NCBI GenBank assembly: GCA_963826785.1 | Contig: CAWGYD010000006.1 | Span: 352,001 to 416,000, forward strand | Length of the DNA stretch: 64,000 nt | Direction: 5' to 3' | DNA from: an uncultured delta proteobacterium | GTDB lineage: Bacteria; Desulfobacterota; Desulfobacteria; Desulfobacterales; Desulfosalsimonadaceae | Shown: positions 27,443-36,535 of the stretch, piece after piece | How the letters are laid out: each line of letters begins with the position of its first letter | Position numbering within the stretch: position 1 is the stretch's first letter | Notes under the pieces: generated by a model | What the model was told of the DNA's origin: nothing | Database searches by the model: none | The model's input: only the letters and a program-made list of their open reading frames with translations | Program-made: the position numbers and the translations under genes

Positions 27443-29812
27443 TCAGGGCGAAAGGCGGGTGCGCTGGATGATCTCCGCCTTCACCGTATCGGGCAGGTCG
27501 TCGAAATAGGCGCAGTATCCGGCCACACGGACCACGATGCCCGGATGCCGGCCCGGGTGGCACCGGGCCGCTTCCAGCAGGCCGGGATCGATGACGTTTA
27601 GCTGCATCTCCATGCCGCCGGAGTTGAAAAAACCTCTGGTGAGTGCGCTGAGGACCCGCAGCCCTTTTTCTCCGGAAAGGCTTGCTTTGTCGAACCGCAG
27701 GTTTACGGCATATCCATTCATGGCCAGGGTGGCGTCCACTTTGGCCACTGAATTGAGCAGGGCGGTGGCCCCCCGGCGGTCCATGCCGTTTGCGCATCCA
27801 AGGGAAGCGGCAAAGGGCGACCCTTTTTTCCGTCCCGAGAAAAGGGCTTCGGTGTGATTCCCGAATCCCACGTGGCAGGTGGATGAGTAGAACCCGGGGA
27901 CATACCGGCCGCCCCGGGTGTTTTCAAACGGCGCCAGTGCATCGTGAAATATCTGCGCCACCTGGGCGGCGTACCCGTCCGGCAGGGACAGGTCGTTCCC
28001 GAACTTGGGCGCGGCCAGAAGGTGGGCCCGCATCTTTTCAAAACCGATAAAATCGGCTTTCATCGCATGTAAGAGGTCCGGAAGGGTGTGCATCTTGCGT
28101 TCAAACACCATCACGTGAATGGCGGCCAGGGAATCGGCCGTATCCGCCACGCCCACCCCCTGGATCCCGCTGGAGTTGAACATTGCCCCGCCGGCGGTTA
28201 CGTCCCGGCTGGTCTCCATGCAGCCGTCCACCAGCATGGAGGAAAAAGGGGTGGGATGAAAATCCCGGTTGCCGGTTTCCACCACGGCCAGATCCCCGAT
28301 CATCCGTTTGACCATATGATGGACCTGGGCGGCAAAGGCTTCCATCACGTCTCCCATGCCGGCAAACGATTCCGCCGGCGGCGTCGCTACGCCGATGCGG
28401 CGGCGGGAGGCAAGCCGTCTGCCCTGGTTAACGGCCAAAATGAGGCAGACCGGCAGATTGAACAGGGCCGCATCCGTGGAAAAAAAGCTTTTGCCCGGAA
28501 AGGACGGCTCCACGCACCCCACAATGCCGTAATCCCGGGCCTGTTCTTCAGCAAAGCCGTGGCGGACCAGGGATGCCACCGTGGGCCCGTCATTGAACAG
28601 CCCCGGCACGCCGTTTCCCTTTCGGGCCACGTCCACGGCACGGCGGAGATATTCCGGGGGTGATCCGGCATGGATCCGGGCCATGTAGTTGGGGTCCCGC
28701 AAACCGGCATGTTCCATCACGTCCAAAAACAGCCAGGTCAACTCATTTACGGCATCGTTTCCCGCGGCATCCGTTCCGCCGATCGTGGCGGCCTGGGCCA
28801 CCAGGAACCCGCCGTGGTACTGGCTGGTCCGCTCGGAGACCAGGAATACGTGTTCGGTGGTCTTGGCGGAAAAACAAAGCAGCAGTTCGAATGCACGCTC
28901 CGGTGTCAGGCGGCCCCGGGCGAGATCGCGCCGATAATACGGGTAGAGGTACTGGTCCATCCGGCCGAAGGAGACCGCAGAATTGAGCCCTTCCAGGCAG
29001 ACGGCCATATGGCTGAGCCACAGGGACTGGAGCGCCTCCTGGAAGGTTTCGGCCGGCTCCATGGGCACCCGGGCGCAGATCCGCGCAATTTCCATCAGTT
29101 CCGACGCCCGGCCCGGGTCAGACGTCAGCCCTGCCTGCCGGGCCGCCTCATCGGACAGGCGGCGGGCATATTCAGCCACCCCGTCGCAGGCGATCTTAAC
29201 CGCCCGGTGCAGGTCGCCGTCTTTTCCCGCCATTTCCTTTACATACCCGGAAATGCCGATGTTGAGCATCTTTTCGTAATTCGGCAGAAAATGGCCGATG
29301 CCGCCGGCCTCGTTGATCAGGTAATAGGTGGCCTTGAGCTGCTCGGGCACATACCGCAGAAATTGTCCGGGGTGTCTTTTAAAGGCGCGCACGACCATGT
29401 TGCGGAATAGCCAGTAGGGAAGGACCGTCCGGGCCACCTTGAGCCGGTCGCGCAGGGAGATGGGATGGGGGGTGGTTTTGCGGCGATTGATCCACAAAAG
29501 CTCCTCGGCCATGAACACCCCGGCCAGTTCCGGCTGGATGATTGCCGACTTGCGCGCACTTCCCATATTGCCCGCGATCAGCTCATCCGGCCAGATCTTC
29601 ACCGATTTGTTTGCCAGCAGGTGCCGAAGCGCTCTTGCTTTGCGCACGGCCATGGGCTCGGCTTTGCGGTCGTATTTCTTGAAGAATCGGGTGATCAGCA
29701 GCGCCCGTTCAGGGCACAGGTGAACGGGTGAAGAGAGCAGTTCCGATCTGATTCTCAAAAACCGCTCCGGTGCACAAACGTCGTTGATTTTCAGTGCCGC
29801 CTTCGGGGCCAT
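27443..29812 (-). CDS. Glycyl radical enzyme (PFL2/dehydratase-like, substrate unknown)
   Basis: SFGRMDQYL, single-Cys loop GCVEP, APKFGND, MQLNV and C-terminal VRVAGY glycyl motif; 789 aa. Confidence 0.9.
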   Translation of the reverse strand: MAPKAALKINDVCAPERFLRIRSELLSSPVHLCPERALLITRFFKKYDRKAEPMAVRKARALRHLLANKSVKIWPDELIAGNMGSARKSAIIQPELAGVFMAEELLWINRRKTTPHPISLRDRLKVARTVLPYWLFRNMVVRAFKRHPGQFLRYVPEQLKATYYLINEAGGIGHFLPNYEKMLNIGISGYVKEMAGKDGDLHRAVKIACDGVAEYARRLSDEAARQAGLTSDPGRASELMEIARICARVPMEPAETFQEALQSLWLSHMAVCLEGLNSAVSFGRMDQYLYPYYRRDLARGRLTPERAFELLLCFSAKTTEHVFLVSERTSQYHGGFLVAQAATIGGTDAAGNDAVNELTWLFLDVMEHAGLRDPNYMARIHAGSPPEYLRRAVDVARKGNGVPGLFNDGPTVASLVRHGFAEEQARDYGIVGCVEPSFPGKSFFSTDAALFNLPVCLILAVNQGRRLASRRRIGVATPPAESFAGMGDVMEAFAAQVHHMVKRMIGDLAVVETGNRDFHPTPFSSMLVDGCMETSRDVTAGGAMFNSSGIQGVGVADTADSLAAIHVMVFERKMHTLPDLLHAMKADFIGFEKMRAHLLAAPKFGNDLSLPDGYAAQVAQIFHDALAPFENTRGGRYVPGFYSSTCHVGFGNHTEALFSGRKKGSPFAASLGCANGMDRRGATALLNSVAKVDATLAMNGYAVNLRFDKASLSGEKGLRVLSALTRGFFNSGGMEMQLNVIDPGLLEAARCHPGRHPGIVVRVAGYCAYFDDLPDTVKAEIIQRTRLSP

Positions 29813-29880
29813 CTGGGTGACCTCCTGTCAGGATGGATGGTGACGACATGAAGGAGATGGGCAAAAATGAAAACCGCAAT

Positions 29881-31317
29881 TTATCGACTTGATCTTCCCG
29901 ACCCGCTTCTTCGCCTTCCTTTTCCCTTGTCGGGAATTTTGGACCGGGGCGCCCGGGCCTTTTTCGGCCCCGTCGGCTCCGGCAGGACCAGCCAGTCGTC
30001 TTCGGGCGGGATGCAGTCAATTTTGCGGCCGATCAGGTCCTCGATGCCCGGCAGGTAAAAGGCATCCTCCTCATCGGCGAAGCTGATGGCCGTGCCCACG
30101 GCGCCTGCCCGGCCGGTGCGGCCGATACGGTGCACGTAATCTTCGGGATCATGGGGGAGGGTGAAGTTGACCACGTGGTCCATCCCTTCGATGTGAATCC
30201 CCCTGGCTGCCACATCCGTGGCCACCAGCACCCGGATTTTTCCCGCCTTGAACTGATCCAGCCGCTCGATCCGCTTTTTCTGGGGGATATCGCCGGAAAG
30301 CTCCGAGCACTGGATGCCGTACCGGGTCAGCCTTTCCGCCAGCCGGACCACCTGGTCCTTCCGGTTGCAGAAAATCATGACCCGGCTGAGGTTCTGGCGG
30401 TCGAGGATGTTGAACAAAAGGGCGAATTTTTCATACTCCGTGACGATATAGACGATCTGGTCCACCGTGTTTACCGCCACCTGCTCCGGGTCGATTTCCA
30501 CGGTCACCGGGTTTTTAGTCCAGCTTGCGGCCAGTCGGGTGATCGCTTCGGTCAGGGTCGCGGAAAACAGCATGGTCTGCCGCTTTTCTTTCGGCGGGGT
30601 GCTGTAGATGATCTTGCGGACATCGGGGATGAACCCCATGTCCAGCATCCGGTCGGCTTCATCGAGAATCATCACCTCCACCCGGTCCAGGCGCAGGTCC
30701 CGGCGGCGGCTGAAGTCGAGCAGGCGGCCCGGGGTGGCCACCATGATGTCCACCGGTTTTCCGGACAACAGTTTCTTTTGCTTCTGGTAATCCATGCCGC
30801 CGAAAATGGAGACCAGATGAAGGTCCACGTATTTCATCAGCTGCCGGCCTTCTTCGCTGATCTGCAGGACCAGTTCCCGGGTGGGGGCGATAATCAATAC
30901 CCGGGGGACGCCGGGCTTTCGCTTTCCCTGGATGGGATTTGCCAGCATCCGGGTAATCACCGTGATCAGGAAGGCGGCGGTCTTGCCGGTTCCGGTCTGG
31001 GCCCGGCCGAAAGCATCCCGGCCGGACAGGGCCGACGGCAGGATCTCGGCCTGTATCGGCGTGCAGTAGGAAAAACCGAGATCAGATATGGCATGCATCA
31101 GCGGATCGGGAAGATCAAAATCGTGAAATCGCGTTTTTGATTCTTCCGGGGGGACTTTGAATTGGGAGGGGCTCCATGTTTCAATTTCAACCGGGGCATC
31201 CGCAACCTGCGTTTCATCGGTTGTCTGGAGATCTTTTTTGCGGCTGCCCTTGGGCCCCCGGGTGCGGGCGGACTGACTTTTGGGTGTCGTTTTTTCCGGT
31301 ATATCCGTTTTTTTCAT
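29881..31317 (-). CDS. rhlB: DEAD-box RNA helicase (RhlB-like)
   Basis: [38 protein letters not shown] and HRIGRTGR. Confidence 0.85.
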   Translation of the reverse strand: MKKTDIPEKTTPKSQSARTRGPKGSRKKDLQTTDETQVADAPVEIETWSPSQFKVPPEESKTRFHDFDLPDPLMHAISDLGFSYCTPIQAEILPSALSGRDAFGRAQTGTGKTAAFLITVITRMLANPIQGKRKPGVPRVLIIAPTRELVLQISEEGRQLMKYVDLHLVSIFGGMDYQKQKKLLSGKPVDIMVATPGRLLDFSRRRDLRLDRVEVMILDEADRMLDMGFIPDVRKIIYSTPPKEKRQTMLFSATLTEAITRLAASWTKNPVTVEIDPEQVAVNTVDQIVYIVTEYEKFALLFNILDRQNLSRVMIFCNRKDQVVRLAERLTRYGIQCSELSGDIPQKKRIERLDQFKAGKIRVLVATDVAARGIHIEGMDHVVNFTLPHDPEDYVHRIGRTGRAGAVGTAISFADEEDAFYLPGIEDLIGRKIDCIPPEDDWLVLPEPTGPKKARAPRSKIPDKGKGRRRSGSGRSSR

Positions 31318-31701
31318 TCGTTGCTCACTGCCTTTTAAATCCTGTGGGTCCAGTAAATATCTCGACCGTAAAATTCGAGTTTTTGCGCATATATTCATTC
31401 AAGTTACCAGCATCGACAGAAATATGCGAGTTTTAAATCATTTTATCTAAACTGAAATGATAAACATTTCCTGCTTATCGGAAAAGCGTTCCGGAAATTT
31501 TTTCATAAAGGACGAAATCTCTTAGAACGGCCCTCAATGGAAAAAAAGCACTACTGGTGTATTTGCGAGAAAAATCGGAGTTTCGATTGTAAAACGCTCG
31601 GGGTAATCTGATGGCAAATCGGCGCTGGAAGGCGTTTCTCTACGAAATGTCGGGTCCGCTAAAGATCGGGGTGGACGGGAATTTGAAGGGGGTGAAAAAA
31701 A

Positions 31702-33237
31702 TCACTGCCGGCTGGCGGAGGCTTCGGCAACGGTCTGGCTTAGATTTTCCAGCATATTCAAATGCTGCAGGAAGAACCGGTCGGATACGGTTTGAAAATC
31801 GGTGCCGGAAATGGCGGTATCGGTCACCAGCAGACTCCGGACGATTTTCAGCAGGCCGATATAACGGCTGATGATGTTTTCCCGCTCCTGGATATCCGGG
31901 ATCATGGACGCCCCGCCCGATGCCGGAAGGGGGTGGGTCAGGTTCGCTTCGAATCGATCGGGATACATGAGGGTGTGTAAAAACGAAGCGCAGAATTCAT
32001 CCAGGTTTTCCTGGGGGTGCCCCCCCTTCATCCCGTTCAGGAAATTGCGTTCGCTGATGAATTCAAAGAAAAACCCGTCTTCCCCCTTATCCAGCCGGAC
32101 CTTGGAAGGGGTATGCCCCCGGCTGACGATCTGAAAACGTTCGATGGAAAAGTCATTGAACCCTTTCAGGTCGGCAAACATCTTGCGAACATCGGAATTT
32201 GCCGTGAGATTCAGCTTGTCCACCAGAATGTGAAGGGCCTCGTGTTCGGCGATCACGGCCAGCTCATTGACCGGTTCATCTTTGAATGTATTGATATAAA
32301 ACCAGATGTCATTCTGATTCAAGCAGGTGACTGCATTTCGGATATCATCATAGGCGATGACGTGAACCGTTTTGACCAGATCCGTATGAAAGGCCGACTC
32401 GACGGCGGCCACACCATCTGAAATTGCCTGAAGCCGGTCATCCGAATCCGCAAGCGCATGGTCCAGATCCGTTTTTTGCAGTCCGATGTATCGGAAACCG
32501 CACACCCCCTCGGACGCGCACGCTTGCGTGTCGATGCCGCCGCTGTGGGATATCCCCAGTCGATATGCCGCATCTCCGGTTGAAATCTCCACCCGGAAAT
32601 TAGATTTACTGCAGACGGTGTCCCCCGGCACCGAGGGAAAAAAGGAGTACACCTCCGGGCAGTCCGACCGCGATCGGCTGTTTTGGGTCAAAACCGCAGA
32701 TTCAGTCACCAGCAGGTCAGAGTTGCCGATGGGATTGGATTTAACCAGCTGGGCCGGATTAATGGTGCCGTAATATCCAAGGGAAAATTCGCCGTTGGCC
32801 TCTTGCCGGACCGGCGACATGGATTTGCCGTCTACCCGGATGTCAAGCCCCGGTTTTCCCACCGCCACGATTCCGCTGACATATCCCGATATGGACAGAG
32901 AACCGCTCTGCTTAAGCGAATCGCCGTCAAACACCCGGGTCCCCATTTTACCATTTTCCACCCGGTAAATCTTGAGCGCCAGCAGATCGTCAGGCATCTT
33001 TGCGGCTGACGATGGTTCCGCGTCAGATACTGATCCTCCGCCGGCCGGGCATACCCCCGTCTCCGTGTAGCCCATGACGGGGCCCATAAGGAAAAACCAC
33101 GACAAGGTCATCACAACAATAAATGAATATTTAAAAAGATGTTTACAATGTATATCCGGTACAGCCGGTATGTGCGCGGACCGATATGACCAATTCAAAA
33201 CAAACCCACCCCGATAATGAAAATGTCCAATTTGCAA
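31702..33237 (-). CDS. Secreted hypothetical protein with a C-terminal HExxH (zincin-like) motif; start uncertain
   Basis: Hydrophobic N-terminal segment, HEALH and downstream ENLDEFCASF. Confidence 0.6.
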   Translation of the reverse strand: MQIGHFHYRGGFVLNWSYRSAHIPAVPDIHCKHLFKYSFIVVMTLSWFFLMGPVMGYTETGVCPAGGGSVSDAEPSSAAKMPDDLLALKIYRVENGKMGTRVFDGDSLKQSGSLSISGYVSGIVAVGKPGLDIRVDGKSMSPVRQEANGEFSLGYYGTINPAQLVKSNPIGNSDLLVTESAVLTQNSRSRSDCPEVYSFFPSVPGDTVCSKSNFRVEISTGDAAYRLGISHSGGIDTQACASEGVCGFRYIGLQKTDLDHALADSDDRLQAISDGVAAVESAFHTDLVKTVHVIAYDDIRNAVTCLNQNDIWFYINTFKDEPVNELAVIAEHEALHILVDKLNLTANSDVRKMFADLKGFNDFSIERFQIVSRGHTPSKVRLDKGEDGFFFEFISERNFLNGMKGGHPQENLDEFCASFLHTLMYPDRFEANLTHPLPASGGASMIPDIQERENIISRYIGLLKIVRSLLVTDTAISGTDFQTVSDRFFLQHLNMLENLSQTVAEASASRQ

Positions 33238-33265
33238 ATTTCATATTTAATTTCCGTTTACGTGA

Positions 33266-33281
33266 AGCAAAAAATATACCA
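33266..33281 (-). promoter_or_regulatory. Sigma54 (-24/-12) promoter
   Basis: Minus strand TGGTAT-ATTTT-TTGCT with exact GG-N10-GC spacing. Confidence 0.6.
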
Positions 33282-33427
33282 GAGGGCCGGGCGGTTGCGG
33301 AATCGGCTGCTTTCGGGGAATACGGCAAGGCCGCATCCGAATAAAATCGGGGCGGATAGGGCTGATTTCGAATTTGTAAAATATTGTGGGTGAAAAAGGC
33401 AGGGGTAGAGCCGCTTCAGTCAGCTAT

Positions 33428-33462
33428 TTACAATAATTGTCACACCTGATTACAATAATTGT
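33428..33462. promoter_or_regulatory. Tandem palindromic sites, candidate enhancer for a sigma54 activator
   Basis: TTACAATAATTGT twice, 22 bp apart, about 150-180 bp upstream of the sigma54 motif. Confidence 0.55.
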
Positions 33463-33528
33463 TACTATTTGGAAGCGAATAGAAACGCAAATACTGAATT
33501 ACCAAAGATTGGCGGAAGATTTCAGATC

Positions 33529-33586
33529 AAAAAGAGACCCGTGAATACCGGTATGGATAATTCCATTCTGGTATCCCGGGTCTCTT
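33529..33586 (-). terminator. Intrinsic terminator of the PRC-barrel gene
   Basis: AAGAGACCCG...CGGGTCTCTT stem followed by a T-run on the minus strand. Confidence 0.6.
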
Positions 33587-33668
33587 GCACGCCTTAAAAC
33601 TTAGGGTGACCTGTGGTTTAAGCCTTCTTGAACCTACTTGTTCTCAAAATTCGATTACTTTTTTGACT

Positions 33669-34346
33669 TTATTGTCCCTCCTGCTGGGTTCCCTGCTGTC
33701 CCTGCTGATCCATCTGCATATCACTCGGCTGACCGGACTGCGATCCGGACTGACCGGTATCCTGCATCATCTGGTCCTGCTGGGAAGGCTGTGCGCCCTG
33801 GGAGCCGTAATATCCCCGGACCTGCTGATTCATGTCGCCCTGGGTAAAAGACTGCCAGTCATTCTTGCTGAAAGACGGCGCATTCTGAAGCTGATCCTGG
33901 TTAACGGAAACGGTTATGGCATTTTGATCCTGGCCGATATTCTGGGTCTGAACCTTGTCCCAGGGGATCGGTTTCAGCTCACCGCCACCGCCGGTTCCCA
34001 GGAATCCGCCACCTTGTGACAATACGATGAACTCGGCCTTGCCATCCTGGCCGATCACCACGTCAGACACTTTTCCGATATCCTTGCCCTGTTCATCCTG
34101 TACCGACTTGTCCATCAATTGGCTGACCCTGATGGCGCTCTGCTGGGAGCCCTGTGCCATCTGGCCCATCTGATCCGAACTGGATCCCGCACCCATCTGG
34201 TCCGAACTGGATCCCGCGCCCGTCTGGTCCATGGATTGCGAACTTGTTCCCGTGTCCGTTGCCGTATCGCTTGCCGCATATACCGGCGCCACCACAAATG
34301 TCACCATCACAAGCAATCCGATCAAGGTCATCTTAATTTTATTCAT
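33669..34346 (-). CDS. Secreted PRC-barrel domain protein
   Basis: Signal peptide; RVSQLMDKSV..GKDIGKVSDVVI..G..VLSQGGGFLG..IPW..LQNAPSF; Q/S/G-rich tails. Confidence 0.85.
   Translation of the reverse strand: MNKIKMTLIGLLVMVTFVVAPVYAASDTATDTGTSSQSMDQTGAGSSSDQMGAGSSSDQMGQMAQGSQQSAIRVSQLMDKSVQDEQGKDIGKVSDVVIGQDGKAEFIVLSQGGGFLGTGGGGELKPIPWDKVQTQNIGQDQNAITVSVNQDQLQNAPSFSKNDWQSFTQGDMNQQVRGYYGSQGAQPSQQDQMMQDTGQSGSQSGQPSDMQMDQQGQQGTQQEGQ
34165..34230. repeat. 27-bp intragenic tandem repeat (about 2.4 copies, encoding DQ(M/T)GAGSSS)
   Basis: CCCATCTG(A/G)TCCGAACTGGATCCCGC(A/G) repeated. Confidence 0.85.
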
Positions 34347-34766
34347 AAAACATCCTCCTTTTATGTCTAAGCTACGTTGTTGTCACCCAAGTTTTCGGAC
34401 CGGGAATAAACCCGTATCCATTTTGGTTAACCATAATGAACCTGACCATATCCGACAATAAAGCCCATCCTGTATCTTTTGAAGAAAGTTCATGTATCAG
34501 CAGAACGCGGGAAAACGCGATCTTCCGCCGGGCCAGGTGCAAAGAACCCCTTGTAAAGGGGCTTTTGATGGGTACGGTTACTGCCAAAAATGCCGGCCAT
34601 TGGTTTAACCAGAGGAAAAATAATTAAAGTTCAGCATATTGCGCTTAAAAAGACGCGTCCGGATTTTCTTTTGAGCTAAAAGCGGGTATAATGAAAAATT
34701 TACCGGTGGGAGAAATTGAACAAGCTTTTGATTATCTGAAAGCAGGACAGCAAGGAGCAAATCCCC

Positions 34767-35099
34767 ATGAAAGAAGAGCAGAGCAAACGCAAACGGCTCC
34801 GGATCGATTTTGAAGCCAGTGTCAACCTGTTCTTTGACGCACCGGAGCGCACCCTCCGCGCCAATATGAAAAACATCAGCATGAAGGGCATTTTTGTTGA
34901 AACCGATGCGGCCATTCCCGTGGGTTCACCCTGCCGGGTGGAGATCGTCATCTCCGGGAAAAACAGCCGGCTGATCATGGAAACTGAAGGAATCGTCTGC
35001 CGGCATGATCCGCACGGCTTCGGCATTCAGTTTATCAACCAGATGGAATGGCTGGCCCTGTTTTCCATTTTCGAACCCTACGGCAGGACCCGGAAGTGA
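34767..35099 (+). CDS. PilZ domain protein
   Basis: RKRLR (RxxxR) and NISMKG (D/NxSxxG) motifs. Confidence 0.88.
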   Translation: MKEEQSKRKRLRIDFEASVNLFFDAPERTLRANMKNISMKGIFVETDAAIPVGSPCRVEIVISGKNSRLIMETEGIVCRHDPHGFGIQFINQMEWLALFSIFEPYGRTRK

Positions 35100-35189
35100 T
35101 TTGCCCACCCCGGAAAAAACCATTTATACCCCACCAGTGCCGTGTTTTTGCAGAAAGAAACTTTTTGAATCCTAACGGCCGCCGACGGC

Positions 35190-35289
35190 ACACCCCCCTT
35201 TTATTCCCCCCTCAAGGGGGGATTGGGCATTGAAATTAAGACCAAATTCCCCCCTCGCGGAGGGACTCCTCTTTTTATTCCCCGCCCCT
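35190..35289. repeat. C/G-rich REP-like palindromic repeats (left cluster)
   Basis: ACACCCCCCTTTTATTCCCCCCTCAAGGGGGGATT plus degenerate ATTCCCCCCTCG / ACTCCTCTTTTTATTCCCC units. Confidence 0.8.
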
Positions 35290-36300
35290 TTTATATATTT
35301 ATCATAGAGCTTTGAATTTTCGGGCTTCTTTTCGCCAGAGTGCAATTCCTTTTGCAGTGCCAGCAACCGCCTCGTTTGTCTTTGTTCGTCTTCGGCAGCT
35401 CGCTCGCCGTTAAAATAAAGGTGGAGGTACATCCTCCGCTCGCCACGGATGGTATCTCCTTTGTTGGGACGCTGCTGGAGGTAATCTCATTTTATGGGAA
35501 TGCATGTAGCAAATACTTCATGGTTCTCGCAGTAATTTGTCCATTCTCGCAAAGAGTGACGAACGCTATCCAGTTGCTCTTTTACAAACCTTAAAGAAAG
35601 CTTGGCTCCAATGAGAAATTTGTGGTGCTCTATGTACAATTCATTGATATTTTCGGCGCTGAAAATCCTCGATCTATGACCAGATGAACCTTTTTCAGGT
35701 TGAGAAAATCCATATCTGCGAACATATTCCGGACGGTTTTGACATCGGTAACGTTTCCTGGCAGCTTGCGGTAATAAAACGGCAAACCTGATTCCTGGCC
35801 AAATACAAGGGCCAGATTGAGCTGCGCCAGATGATCGTGTTCCTTGTTCATTCCGTACCGGACCTGTTTCAGACACTCTGAGTAACTTGATACAGAGGTG
35901 ATATCGTAGGCTCAATATTCCTTCTCACAGCGCCGTGCTGCCTGGAGCTGGAAGAATCGATAGCGATCCTCTACTGTGATGGATGCAAAAAGCTCACTGC
36001 TTCTCTGGGATGGTATATCTTGCATGTGTGGATGTTGATGCAACGAAGACCATTTCGAAAAGCGACTCAGAGGGCTGTCTGCCTCGAGAATCAGATAGTA
36101 GGCAAGTGAGATGATTTGCTTATAGCTGTGAGGAAAACACTGCTGCAGATCCGAAACAAGTCCAAGCCTATCGCCAAGAACATCAAGCAGGTAGGTGGCA
36201 CCGTAAAATTTGCGGGAGGTTTCCGTGCCAGGGACAGGGCCTCTCTTGGCAGCCCTCAGGGCGGTAATCCCTTTTTGGGATCTGTTTGTTGCTTTTGTAT
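35290..36300 (-). pseudogene. IS1634-family transposase fragment (truncated at both ends, internal stop and frameshift)
   Basis: Manual translation RKFYGATYLLD...PSQRSSELF...EY*AYDITSVSSYS..VRYGMNKEHDHLAQLNL..GLPFYYRKLPGNVTDV..IDRGF, and MYLHLYFN. Confidence 0.85.
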
Positions 36301-36440
36301 GGGAAACTCCTTTTTTTTATTCCCCCCCTCGAGGGGAACTCCTTTTTTTATTCCCCCCTCGAGGGGGGCGCTTTTTTTATTCCCCCCCTCGTGGGGGACT
36401 CTTTTTTTATTCCCCCCTCGAGGGGGGCGAAGGGGGGTGT
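36301..36440. repeat. Tandem array of four ~31-bp REP-like units plus a terminal GAAGGGGGGTGT
   Basis: Unit GGG(A/G)ACTC(C)TTTTTTTATTCCCCCC(C)TCGAG with minor variants. Confidence 0.9.
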
Positions 36441-36535
36441 TGGACCTGCGGACAACAAAAAATTAAAAATCATTTAAAAGATTTGCCAAGTTAAGCGCCT
36501 TGAAAGGTTTCCGGGTCAGCAGGGCGGTCTTGACG

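Noticed and set aside
35912..35914. In-frame TGA as selenocysteine
   Set aside because: It lies in a decayed transposase fragment and is better explained as a nonsense mutation
36301..36440. CRISPR array
   Set aside because: The units are directly tandem homopolymer-rich palindromes with no unique spacers, and there are no cas genes in the window
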